From NCBI GenBank assembly GCA_039801485.1, contig JBDRUR010000002.1, positions 1 through 52,634 on the forward strand: a DNA stretch of 52,634 nt, in the 5' to 3' direction. Shown in pieces: positions 20,407 to 28,346 of the stretch. The number at the start of each line of letters is the position of its first letter. Position 1 is the stretch's first letter. The position numbers were made by a program, and so were the translations under genes. Source of the DNA: a candidate division WOR-3 bacterium (GTDB lineage Bacteria; Hydrothermota; Tepidihabitantia; Tepidihabitantales; CAIPLT01). The notes beneath the pieces were generated by a model that worked only from the letters and a program-made list of their open reading frames with translations, did not search any database and had not been told where the DNA came from.

Positions 20407-21523
20407 TGTTATTATCATTGGTGCCGGTATCATCGGTGCCGCAACTGGCTATTATTTGGCAAAGAAAAAATTAAAGGTTTTGGTATTAGAAAAAAGATTT
20501 CCGTGCTATGGTTCCACTGGTCGCTGTATCGGCGGAATTCGACAACAATATGCCCACCCATTATCAATCCAGGTAATGATTGAAAGCGTTAAAATCTTTT
20601 CGACTTTATCTGAAGAACTTAACCGAGACATCGAATGGTATCAAGGTGGTTATCTATTTCTCGCCCATTCTGAAGAGAAAAAACAAACTTATCTTTCAGC
20701 GATCGAATTACAGAAAAAGTATGGATTACCGGTTAAATTCATCAGCGCTGATGACTGTGCCCAAATTGTCAAAGGGTTAAATATTGATGGTCTTTTCGGT
20801 GGGGCTTATTGTCCAACTGATGGCCAAGCCAATCCATTTGCGGTTACTTATGGTTATTTACAGGGCATAAAAAAATATCAAGGTAAGATTTTAACTAATT
20901 CTGAGGTTATTAAAATAACAACCAATGGTGACAAAGTTATCTCAGTAATGACCCAATCTGGGGATGAATTTTTTGCTCCAATTATTGTTAATGCCGCTGG
21001 ACCTTGGGCAAAACGTATTGCTCAAATGGTCGGACTTGATGTGCCAATTGAACCTGAACGGCATGAAAGCCTAGTGACCGAAGCGGTAGAACGACTATTT
21101 GATCCAATGTTGGTTGATTATCGGCCAGACGGCTGTTATTTTATTCAAAACTACGGCACGGGGCATTTTATCGGTTGTTATACGCCAATACCAAATGACC
21201 CAGGCTATCATATCAATGCTTCAAGCGAATTTCTCACTGAAATGCCAAGAAGAATGGCAAGACTGGTTCCGAAATTAAAAGACATAAAGGTCATTCGCCA
21301 ATGGGCTGGTAGTTATGAGATGACCCCGGATGGTAATCCAATTGTTGATAAAACACCGATTGACGGCTTTTATATTTCAGCTGGTATGTGTGGTCATGGG
21401 TTTATGTTCGGACCGGCACTCGGCAAATTTATGTCCGAAATTATTACAACTGGTAAAAGTTCGTTGCCGTTAACCGACTTTGCGCTTAATCGCTCCTTTG
21501 TTAAATCCGAACTGATGAAGTAA
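20390..21523 (+). CDS. FAD-dependent oxidoreductase (DAO / sarcosine-oxidase-beta-like)
   Basis: N-terminal DVIIIGAGIIGAATGYYLA FAD fold and DAO-family length (377 aa). Confidence 0.85.
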   Translation: MKKTADVIIIGAGIIGAATGYYLAKKKLKVLVLEKRFPCYGSTGRCIGGIRQQYAHPLSIQVMIESVKIFSTLSEELNRDIEWYQGGYLFLAHSEEKKQTYLSAIELQKKYGLPVKFISADDCAQIVKGLNIDGLFGGAYCPTDGQANPFAVTYGYLQGIKKYQGKILTNSEVIKITTNGDKVISVMTQSGDEFFAPIIVNAAGPWAKRIAQMVGLDVPIEPERHESLVTEAVERLFDPMLVDYRPDGCYFIQNYGTGHFIGCYTPIPNDPGYHINASSEFLTEMPRRMARLVPKLKDIKVIRQWAGSYEMTPDGNPIVDKTPIDGFYISAGMCGHGFMFGPALGKFMSEIITTGKSSLPLTDFALNRSFVKSELMK

Positions 21524-21589
21524 ACATCTTATTGTGAAAATGTAGTTACACGCCACTATTACTTTGCGTCCGCTCGTCTTTTACAACTC

Positions 21590-21632
21590 GCAATAACAGT
21601 TCCTATTCTTCGTTTTTGTGAGCGAAGCAATC
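21590..21632 (+). repeat. Left copy of an inverted repeat flanking the outer-membrane-protein (OMP) gene
   Basis: GCAATAACAGTT[cctattcttcg]TTTTTGTGAGCGAAGCAATC matches the reverse complement of 23185-23214 (GCCATAACAGTTTTTGCGAGCGAAGCAATC). Confidence 0.7.
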
Positions 21633-21647
21633 ATATTTCTTGCTTAT

Positions 21648-23162
21648 TTATAAACTCAAGCCGATTCCTAAATTAAAACTAAGCGATGAGAAAAATGATG
21701 GTGAAGTCACATCACGAATAACTTCCAAGTCTTCTGGAAGGAATTTAGTAACTAATGAAAAGACATTAGACTTGATGCCGAAATCAATTTGGGCATTAGG
21801 TGCATAGGGAATAAAGTTAAGCGGTGTTCGATAACTGCCACCTAATCCGAAATAAATTGGTGCCCGCACTGGCAAAATCATGTCTTTACCTTGATTGTCG
21901 GTAAAGTAAAGATAATCAAATGATGCTAAAAGACCGGTGCGGATAGTAACTGTTGATAACGGTGCGCTGAAAAGGACCCCAAGTTTCGCATTATTGACTT
22001 CTCTTTTCTTTGGTAATGTGCCGCCGAGATACAAATCAAATACTGAAAGCGATATGCCCAAATTCAATTCGGTATATCCAGCCAAAGAGACATTTTGTTG
22101 ACTGCTAAGGGTATCACTAGATTTTGGTGATTTATTAACACTTAAAACTGCCCGGCCGTAAATGCTGTCCGGTAAGACAAAATGCACAAAATTACTATCA
22201 ATTCTGACACTATCAGGTGCTCCAGAAATGCTCAATGTTGTTAAATTATAATTTCCTGATAAAGTAGTTTTAAACCCTTGTTCAACCGAAAGTCCCATTT
22301 TAAAAAAGCCGGCTTGTAAGAGCGTGCCTAAAACAATTGACAATCGGTTAGCACTAAATTCGCCATTACCATTAACACTAATAATGGTATCGGTCAAAAA
22401 TGCATTGCCGGTAATACTGCCTTTAAATGGCGAAGCCGGGGTACCGGTTACTTGAATGTTAGAACTACCGGTAAAATTTAAGTTAGTGCCTAATTCTCCG
22501 GTATATTTCAATAGTTTAAACCCTAATCCAACGCTGCCAAAACCGAAATTATATCCACCGCCAAGAAATAACGGGGCCTTCCCCATATTTATCGCACCGC
22601 CACCATTTACTGAAAGATTTATCGGTGCCGAAATGTTCCATGTTAGTGGAATAGTAGTATCATAACCAGGACTTATGGTCGCGGTTATTGGTTGTGTAAT
22701 CTGGTAATTCACATTAAAAGTTTCCGAACCGTTTACATCAAGGCCAATCCCGACCGAAGATTTCTGCATATAACCGATGCCTAATCCTACCGGACCAATT
22801 TTCTTACTAAATCCAATAAAATTAACACCGCCAACATCGCGTAAGGTTAACTCTACTGGAATATCAATTGCGCCGTGTTCATTAGTTGCTTCAATTGCTT
22901 GCACAGTTAAATTCAATTTCGGTTTACTCGGCACCCCAAAAACAAAATTAAGACCATAATCACTAGTATAACCCAATGCCGCTGGGTTGGCAAACATTCC
23001 ATAAGTACCATAAGCTAATGCTGGTGAGATATAACTGGGATTAGCAAAAAATAGGCTAGCTTCTGGTGCCGATTGTGAAAAATTCAGGTTATATGTCGTT
23101 TGGCTGACGGCAATATTTATTAGTAAGGCACAGGCGATCAATATACATAATTTATGCGTCAT
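21648..23162 (-). CDS. Outer-membrane beta-barrel protein (FadL/PorV-like N-terminal motif)
   Basis: Signal peptide, FANPAALG motif, Gly/aromatic-rich alternating strands, terminal aromatic-rich strand. AAAGGAG SD. Confidence 0.5.
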   Translation of the reverse strand: MTHKLCILIACALLINIAVSQTTYNLNFSQSAPEASLFFANPSYISPALAYGTYGMFANPAALGYTSDYGLNFVFGVPSKPKLNLTVQAIEATNEHGAIDIPVELTLRDVGGVNFIGFSKKIGPVGLGIGYMQKSSVGIGLDVNGSETFNVNYQITQPITATISPGYDTTIPLTWNISAPINLSVNGGGAINMGKAPLFLGGGYNFGFGSVGLGFKLLKYTGELGTNLNFTGSSNIQVTGTPASPFKGSITGNAFLTDTIISVNGNGEFSANRLSIVLGTLLQAGFFKMGLSVEQGFKTTLSGNYNLTTLSISGAPDSVRIDSNFVHFVLPDSIYGRAVLSVNKSPKSSDTLSSQQNVSLAGYTELNLGISLSVFDLYLGGTLPKKREVNNAKLGVLFSAPLSTVTIRTGLLASFDYLYFTDNQGKDMILPVRAPIYFGLGGSYRTPLNFIPYAPNAQIDFGIKSNVFSLVTKFLPEDLEVIRDVTSPSFFSSLSFNLGIGLSL

Positions 23163-23184
23163 ACTAACTCCTTTCGTTTAAAGA

Positions 23185-23214
23185 GATTGCTTCGCTCGCA
23201 AAAACTGTTATGGC
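23185..23214 (-). repeat. Right copy of the inverted repeat flanking the OMP gene (inside its 5' UTR hairpin)
   Basis: See 21590-21632. It overlaps an 11-bp stem, AAAGAGATTGC (23180-23190) / GCAATCTCTTT (23213-23223). Confidence 0.7.
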
Positions 23215-23237
23215 AATCTCTTTTTTTTCATTTGGCA

Positions 23238-23266
23238 ATTTTACAACATAAAAATAACAATGTCAA
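23238..23266 (-). promoter_or_regulatory. Sigma70-type promoter of the OMP gene
   Basis: On the minus strand: TTGACA (23261-23266), 17 nt, TAAAAT (23238-23243). About 67-nt leader. Confidence 0.5.
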
Positions 23267-23299
23267 TATCATTAATTTATGTTCAAGAGATTACTATTC

Positions 23300-23760
23300 A
23301 GTTTATGGTATTTAATTAATTATGCTGGATATGGATAATGGATATGTGAAACAAGTTTTTAAGCTGGCAAATTAATTCTAATTTTCAAAAAGTCTATTTA
23401 TATATAGACTAAATTTAAAGCGGAATTTTTATCTAAGTTATTGATAACCAAAGGACTGTCACAAAAACGGCTCGACCATACTGTATAGTATAGGGGGCGG
23501 TCTTAGAGATTTTGTTTTTCGTAGTAAATTAGCGGAATTTGGTCTGGAAATTGCTTATTTATTTGGGTTGATATTTAATTCTATAATATAATTAATATAA
23601 TATTAGTTGTTATGTTTACTAACTGATAATTTTTTCGGGAAGTAGTTAAGTGTTTAATAACTAAACTATCCTGTGCGCTACTTTGATTAACAGATTGAAT
23701 TTAAGTTAGGAATTCACTGCAAATCGTTAAAATTAGTCTATTATTACCATGTGGGGTCTT
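23300..23760. repeat. Conserved noncoding element, copy A (paralogue of 52000-52500, inverted)
   Basis: Hand alignment to the reverse complement of copy B. There are perfect 30-nt and 29-nt islands plus many 8-16-nt shared blocks. No shared ORF. Confidence 0.8.
23469..23498. repeat. Invariant 30-nt dyad core of element A
   Basis: GGCTCGACCATACTGTATAGTATAGGGGGC is identical to the reverse complement of 52307-52336. Confidence 0.9.
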
Positions 23761-23765
23761 ATGAG

Positions 23766-23796
23766 GATAAAGATAAGATAAGATAAGATAAGAATT
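23766..23796. repeat. Pentanucleotide microsatellite (GATAA)n
   Basis: Sequence is GATAA-a-GATAA-GATAA-GATAA-GATAA-GAATT. Confidence 0.9.
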
Positions 23797-23875
23797 GAGA
23801 TTCTGTGCCGAAAACGGAATGACAAAAATGACAGCGTAATAGTTGGATTCGATAAAATAAGTATAGAATTATTAA

Positions 23876-23904
23876 TTCAATATCTTGGCAACATCATTTA
23901 TAAT
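23876..23904 (+). promoter_or_regulatory. Candidate sigma70-type promoter upstream of tal
   Basis: TTCAAT (23876-23881), 17 nt, TATAAT (23899-23904). Confidence 0.4.
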
Positions 23905-23919
23905 ATGCTATTTTTTCTC

Positions 23920-23947
23920 TTTACAATTTAGGTTTTTTATTTATACT
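23920..23947 (+). promoter_or_regulatory. Second candidate promoter upstream of tal (8 nt from a 25-codon ORF)
   Basis: TTTACA (23920-23925), 16 nt, TATACT (23942-23947), then 8 nt to the ATG at 23956. Confidence 0.35.
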
Positions 23948-24051
23948 ATATACCTATGCAAAAAAGAGTAATCTTCGTATTATTCTTTTTCAATCGGATT
24001 AAGTTTAATTTACCAATAACAATTAACAATTAAGTAGAAATAAAAATCGCG

Positions 24052-24082
24052 GATGGACACAATTTATAATTTTGTGTCCATC
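24052..24082 (+). promoter_or_regulatory. Perfect 11-bp inverted repeat (operator or 5' UTR hairpin) upstream of tal
   Basis: GATGGACACAA (24052-24062), spacer TTTATAATT, TTGTGTCCATC (24072-24082). Ends 16 nt before the GGAGGA SD of tal. Confidence 0.6.
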
Positions 24083-24107
24083 TGAGTTAATTATATTTGG
24101 AGGAATA

Positions 24108-24758
24108 ATGAAAATTTTTATCGACTCAGCAGATGTTAACGAAATCAAAGAAGTCGCCAGTTGGGGCATACTTGACGGTGTCACAACCAACCCGACCCTA
24201 GTGGCGAAAACTGGCCGCGAGATTAAAGAATGTGTTACCGAAATCACCAAAATTGTTGACGGTCCGATTTCGGTCGAAGTAATCAGCACCGATGCTTATG
24301 GAATGGTTAAAGAAGCTGAAGATTGGGCTAAGATTAATCCTAAAAATATCACGATAAAAATTCCGATGAGTATCGAAGGTTTAAAAGCAGTTAAAATCCT
24401 TGCCGAAAAAAATATCAAGACCAATGTTACACTGGTCTTTAGTCCCAATCAGGCACTTCTAGCCGCAAAAGCCGGCGCAACTTTTATCAGCCCGTTTGTT
24501 GGTCGGTTAGATGACATTTCACATTTTGGGATGGAAATTGTCTCAGATATTGTCCAGATATTTAACAACTACGGATTTGCCACTGAAATCATTGTCGCTA
24601 GTGTTCGTAATCCCTTGCATGTTGTTGAAGCAGCCCGAATGGGGGCACATATTGCTACCATTCCTTTTGCAGTCTTAAAACAGATGGTTATGCATCCTTT
24701 AACCGATATCGGCATTAAAAAATTCTTTGATGATTATCAAAAAATACCCAAAAAGTAA
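24108..24758 (+). CDS. tal: Transaldolase (short TalC/FSA-type)
   Basis: [15 protein letters not shown]... at 216 aa is typical of short transaldolases. The ATG at 24108 has a GGAGGA SD; the track start at 24072 lies inside the palindrome. Confidence 0.92.
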   Translation: MKIFIDSADVNEIKEVASWGILDGVTTNPTLVAKTGREIKECVTEITKIVDGPISVEVISTDAYGMVKEAEDWAKINPKNITIKIPMSIEGLKAVKILAEKNIKTNVTLVFSPNQALLAAKAGATFISPFVGRLDDISHFGMEIVSDIVQIFNNYGFATEIIVASVRNPLHVVEAARMGAHIATIPFAVLKQMVMHPLTDIGIKKFFDDYQKIPKK

Positions 24759-24830
24759 TGAGTATTAATAAAGTGGGTGATATGAAAATAAAAAATCTTT
24801 GCATTCTCGTGACAATTAAACGGAGGTTAA

Positions 24831-26846
24831 ATGGCATTAATTGATTCCAAAACTGGAAAAGTCATTAAAGATTACTCTATTGAAGAACTTAAAGAATGGG
24901 CAAATCTAATGCGAGGTTATAATTTAGTTGCCTTATGTGCTGCTGGTTCTGGTCATGCTGGTGGCACCTTATCAATGATGGATGTTACTGCTGCTTTATA
25001 TCTGAAAATTGCCAATTTAGACCCTAAAAATCCATTTTGGGAAGACCGGGACCGCATTATTTGGTCAACTGGGCACAAGGCACCAAATCTGTATTTAGGA
25101 CTCGGGGCAGCTGGTTTTTATGATATCGAAGACGTTGTCCGGTTAAGAAAACTCTATTCACCTTACCAAGGTCATCCGCACTGGCCCAAATTACCAGGAG
25201 TTGAAGCCTCAACCGGTTCTTTGGGTCAGGGACTCTCAATTGGTGTTGGCATTGCCTTAGCGGCCAAACTTGATAATAAGAGTTACCGCGTTTATGTCCT
25301 TAATGGCGACGGCGAACTTCAAGAAGGTCAAATTTGGGAAGCAGTAATGGAAGCCGGTAACTGGCAACTTGATAATCTCTGTTCGATCGTTGATAAAAAT
25401 CGCTTACAAATTGATGGCTGGGTTAAGGATGTTCAGGATATTGACCCACTAAAAGAAAAATTTGAGGCATTCAAGTGGCATGTACTTGAGTGTGATGGTC
25501 ACAATATGGAACAGATTATTGACGCCTTAGAAAAAGCAAAATCGTATAAAGGTAAACCTACGGTAATCATCGCTCATACGATTAAAGGCAAAGGCGTTAG
25601 TTTTATGGAAAATGTTGCTGGTTGGCATGGTAAAGCACCTAATAAACAAGAGATGTTGAAAGGCATTGAAGAACTGGGTCTTAGCAGTAAGCTCGATGTC
25701 GAAGGTCTGTTAAAAAGAGCTGAAGACTATCAGAAACAGGTTGATGTGATATTAACTAAAAAAATCCCGAAATTCAGCCGAGATTATTTCTGGAACCGAC
25801 AGCCGAATATGAAAGTAAAAATGGAGCCTACTCGTTTTGGATTTGGTAAAGCACTGGAAGAAAACGGCGATGACCCTCGAATTGTCTGTATCGGCGCTGA
25901 TATTTCTGGCTCGATTACTATTAGTCATTTTTATGAGAAACACCCCGAACGCAAGAACCGTTGGATTTCTGCAGGCATTGCTGAACAATCAGCAACTGCG
26001 CTGGCAGCCGGATTAGCCAAAGAAGGTAAAATCCCGGTTTTTGGCACTTATGGTGTTTTTGCTGCCGGTCGTAATCTTGACCAATTACGAACAACGGTTT
26101 GTTATGGGAACTTCAATGTTTTGATTGCCGGTGCCCATGGTGGTGTTTCGGTTGGTCCAGATGGTGCCACCCATCAAGCGTTAGAAGATTTATTTCAAAT
26201 CTGCGGTCTACCGAACATGCATGTCTCGGTACCGTGTGATGTTAATGAAACCAAACGGGCAACCGAACACCTGTTATTTAATATCAAAGGACCAAAATAT
26301 ATCCGCTTCGCACGGGAAGCAACCCCAATTGTTACAAATGAAAAGACACCGTTTGTCTGGGGAATTGCCAATATCTATCGCTTTCGTCAAGAACAGGAAA
26401 ACTTTATTGATGCTTTTGATGTCTATTTAGCAACCGAGTATAAGTCTGAAAATGAAGATATAACCATTATTGCTTGCGGACCAGAAGTTCCGGAAGCAAT
26501 GCGCGCAGCCTGGATTTTGAAGAGAGAGTTTGATATTGAAACCCGTGTGGTCAATATGCATACCTTGAAGCCTTTGGATAAGCAAACGATTATCAAATGC
26601 GGTTTAGAGACCAATGCAATTATTACTGCTGAAGAACATCAGGTTGGCGCGTTAGGTAATCAGGTTGCCGGTGTGCTGATGCAGGCGAAAGAATTATACG
26701 GCAAAAAGATTATGATGGGTATGATTGGTGTCAAGGACCGATTTGGCGAAAGCGGTGCACCCTGGGAATTAATGTGGGAGTTTGAAGTTTCGGGTGAGCA
26801 TATTGCCCAAAAAGCCAAAGAAATTTATGATTTTATAAAAAGATAA
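24831..26846 (+). CDS. tkt: Transketolase
   Basis: 671 aa with the TPP motif GDGELQEGQIWEA. GGAGG SD. Confidence 0.93.
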   Translation: MALIDSKTGKVIKDYSIEELKEWANLMRGYNLVALCAAGSGHAGGTLSMMDVTAALYLKIANLDPKNPFWEDRDRIIWSTGHKAPNLYLGLGAAGFYDIEDVVRLRKLYSPYQGHPHWPKLPGVEASTGSLGQGLSIGVGIALAAKLDNKSYRVYVLNGDGELQEGQIWEAVMEAGNWQLDNLCSIVDKNRLQIDGWVKDVQDIDPLKEKFEAFKWHVLECDGHNMEQIIDALEKAKSYKGKPTVIIAHTIKGKGVSFMENVAGWHGKAPNKQEMLKGIEELGLSSKLDVEGLLKRAEDYQKQVDVILTKKIPKFSRDYFWNRQPNMKVKMEPTRFGFGKALEENGDDPRIVCIGADISGSITISHFYEKHPERKNRWISAGIAEQSATALAAGLAKEGKIPVFGTYGVFAAGRNLDQLRTTVCYGNFNVLIAGAHGGVSVGPDGATHQALEDLFQICGLPNMHVSVPCDVNETKRATEHLLFNIKGPKYIRFAREATPIVTNEKTPFVWGIANIYRFRQEQENFIDAFDVYLATEYKSENEDITIIACGPEVPEAMRAAWILKREFDIETRVVNMHTLKPLDKQTIIKCGLETNAIITAEEHQVGALGNQVAGVLMQAKELYGKKIMMGMIGVKDRFGESGAPWELMWEFEVSGEHIAQKAKEIYDFIKR

Positions 26847-26875
26847 ATTTGCTATAATTTGCTATGAGGTGAAAA

Positions 26876-28102
26876 ATGCCAAAAATAAAAAGCACAAAAA
26901 GACTAAAAAGAATTAAAGAATGTACTTTAGCCTGCGGATTACCCGAATCCTATCGGATGACCCAAATGGGCACAGAAACTGCCTTTGATGTTTTAGTCAA
27001 AGCACGCCAATTAGAAGCCGAAGGTAAACATATCATCCATTTGGAAATCGGCGAACCGGACTTTGACACGCCCCAAAATATCAAAGAAGCCGCCAAAAAG
27101 GCAATTGATGCCGGTTACACCCATTATGGGCCATCTCAGGGATTACCGGAATTAAGAAAAGTTATTGCCGAAAAAGCCGGTGAATTAAGGGGAATGAAAT
27201 TTAGCGCAGAGCAAGTTGTTGTTACACCCGGTGCGAAACCGATAATGTCATTTGCAATTATGGCATTAGTAGAAGATGGCGATGAAGTCATTTATGTTAA
27301 TCCCGGTTTCCCAATCTATGAGTCAATGATTAAATTTATGGGCGGCAAAGCAATACCACTACCACTTTTAGAAAAGAACGATTTTTTACCGGACCTGAAA
27401 TACCTCAAAAAGATTTTAAACAAAAAGACCAGGATGTTAATTATCAACTCACCCCATAATCCTTGTGGTAGTGTTATGAATGGCGAATTCCTTAAAGAAC
27501 TGGCAAAAATCTTGGAACCATACGAAAATCTCTGGATTCTCTCTGACGAGGTTTATTCTCGGATCGTTTACGAAGAAAAATTTGAAACTATTGCCAAATT
27601 TCCCGGGATGCAAGACCGGACTATTATCCTTGATGGTTTTTCCAAGACATATGCAATGACCGGTTGGCGCATTGGCTATGGCATTATGCATCCGGATTTA
27701 GCATTAGAATTGGCACGAATTGAAACAAATATTAACTCATGCACCACCACCTTTATTCAAATCGCCGGTATTGAAGCATTATCCGGCTCTCAGACCGAAC
27801 CAGAAAGAATGCGACAAGAATTTTATAAGCGACGGGATGTGATTGTCGACGGTCTTAATTCAATCAAAGGCATATCTTGTAAAAAACCCAAAGGTGCGTT
27901 CTATGTATTTGCCAATGTCACTAAAACCGGTTATAATCACAAAGAGTTGGCTGATAAACTGCTAACCGAAGCCGGTGTTGCGTGTTTGGCCGGCACATGT
28001 TTTGGCAAATACGGCAAGGGTTATATTCGATTTTCATATGCCAATTCGATTAAAAACATTAACGAAGCCATTAATCGTATTAGGAAATTTATCGAAAAAT
28101 AA
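26876..28102 (+). CDS. aspC: Class I/II PLP-dependent (aspartate-type) aminotransferase
   Basis: Contains NPHNPCG and the SKTYAMTGWRIGY PLP-lysine motif. The start may be at an internal Met (MTQMG). Confidence 0.85.
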   Translation: MPKIKSTKRLKRIKECTLACGLPESYRMTQMGTETAFDVLVKARQLEAEGKHIIHLEIGEPDFDTPQNIKEAAKKAIDAGYTHYGPSQGLPELRKVIAEKAGELRGMKFSAEQVVVTPGAKPIMSFAIMALVEDGDEVIYVNPGFPIYESMIKFMGGKAIPLPLLEKNDFLPDLKYLKKILNKKTRMLIINSPHNPCGSVMNGEFLKELAKILEPYENLWILSDEVYSRIVYEEKFETIAKFPGMQDRTIILDGFSKTYAMTGWRIGYGIMHPDLALELARIETNINSCTTTFIQIAGIEALSGSQTEPERMRQEFYKRRDVIVDGLNSIKGISCKKPKGAFYVFANVTKTGYNHKELADKLLTEAGVACLAGTCFGKYGKGYIRFSYANSIKNINEAINRIRKFIEK

Positions 28103-28195
28103 CAAAAAGCAACTAATTTTCTAACTGCCAAAGACTTTATTCAAATTAAAAGTTTTAGTTCAATACATTCTACCTGAACCTAAATGATATAAGTA

Positions 28196-28224
28196 TTGAC
28201 ATAAATGTTCTTTTAATTTAAAAT
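28196..28224 (+). promoter_or_regulatory. Sigma70-type promoter of tRNA-Gly
   Basis: TTGACA (28196-28201), 17 nt, TAAAAT (28219-28224). The tRNA starts 12 nt later. Confidence 0.55.
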
Positions 28225-28235
28225 TAGCATAATTT

Positions 28236-28308
28236 GCGGGTGTAGCTCATCTGGTAGAGCGCGAGCTTCCCAAGCTCGAGGCCGCGGGTTCGAGTCCCGT
28301 CGCCCGCT
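28236..28308 (+). tRNA. tRNA-Gly (anticodon CCC)
   Basis: The 73 nt fold as a cloverleaf: acceptor GCGGGTG/CGCCCGC, anticodon stem CGAGC/GCTCG with loop TTCCCAA, T-loop TTCGAGT. No encoded CCA. Confidence 0.93.
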
Positions 28309-28346
28309 TAAATTTTGGTGTTAATTTAAAATAATCGAGGATGAAT

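Noticed and set aside
23300-23760. DGR template/variable repeat pair or retron msr/msd
   Set aside because: There is no reverse transcriptase in the window. Differences between the copies are not adenine-specific, and neither copy lies in a coding region.
23872-23890. TTGGCA near 23885 as a sigma54 -24 element
   Set aside because: There is no GC at the -12 position (TGGCAACATCATTTA). The stretch is better explained as the spacer of a TTCAAT-17-TATAAT sigma70 promoter.
24072-24107. Track start at 24072 for tal ([12 protein letters not shown] extension)
   Set aside because: It lies inside the right arm of the 11-bp palindrome. The ATG at 24108 has a GGAGGA SD and yields the canonical MKIFIDSAD transaldolase N-terminus.
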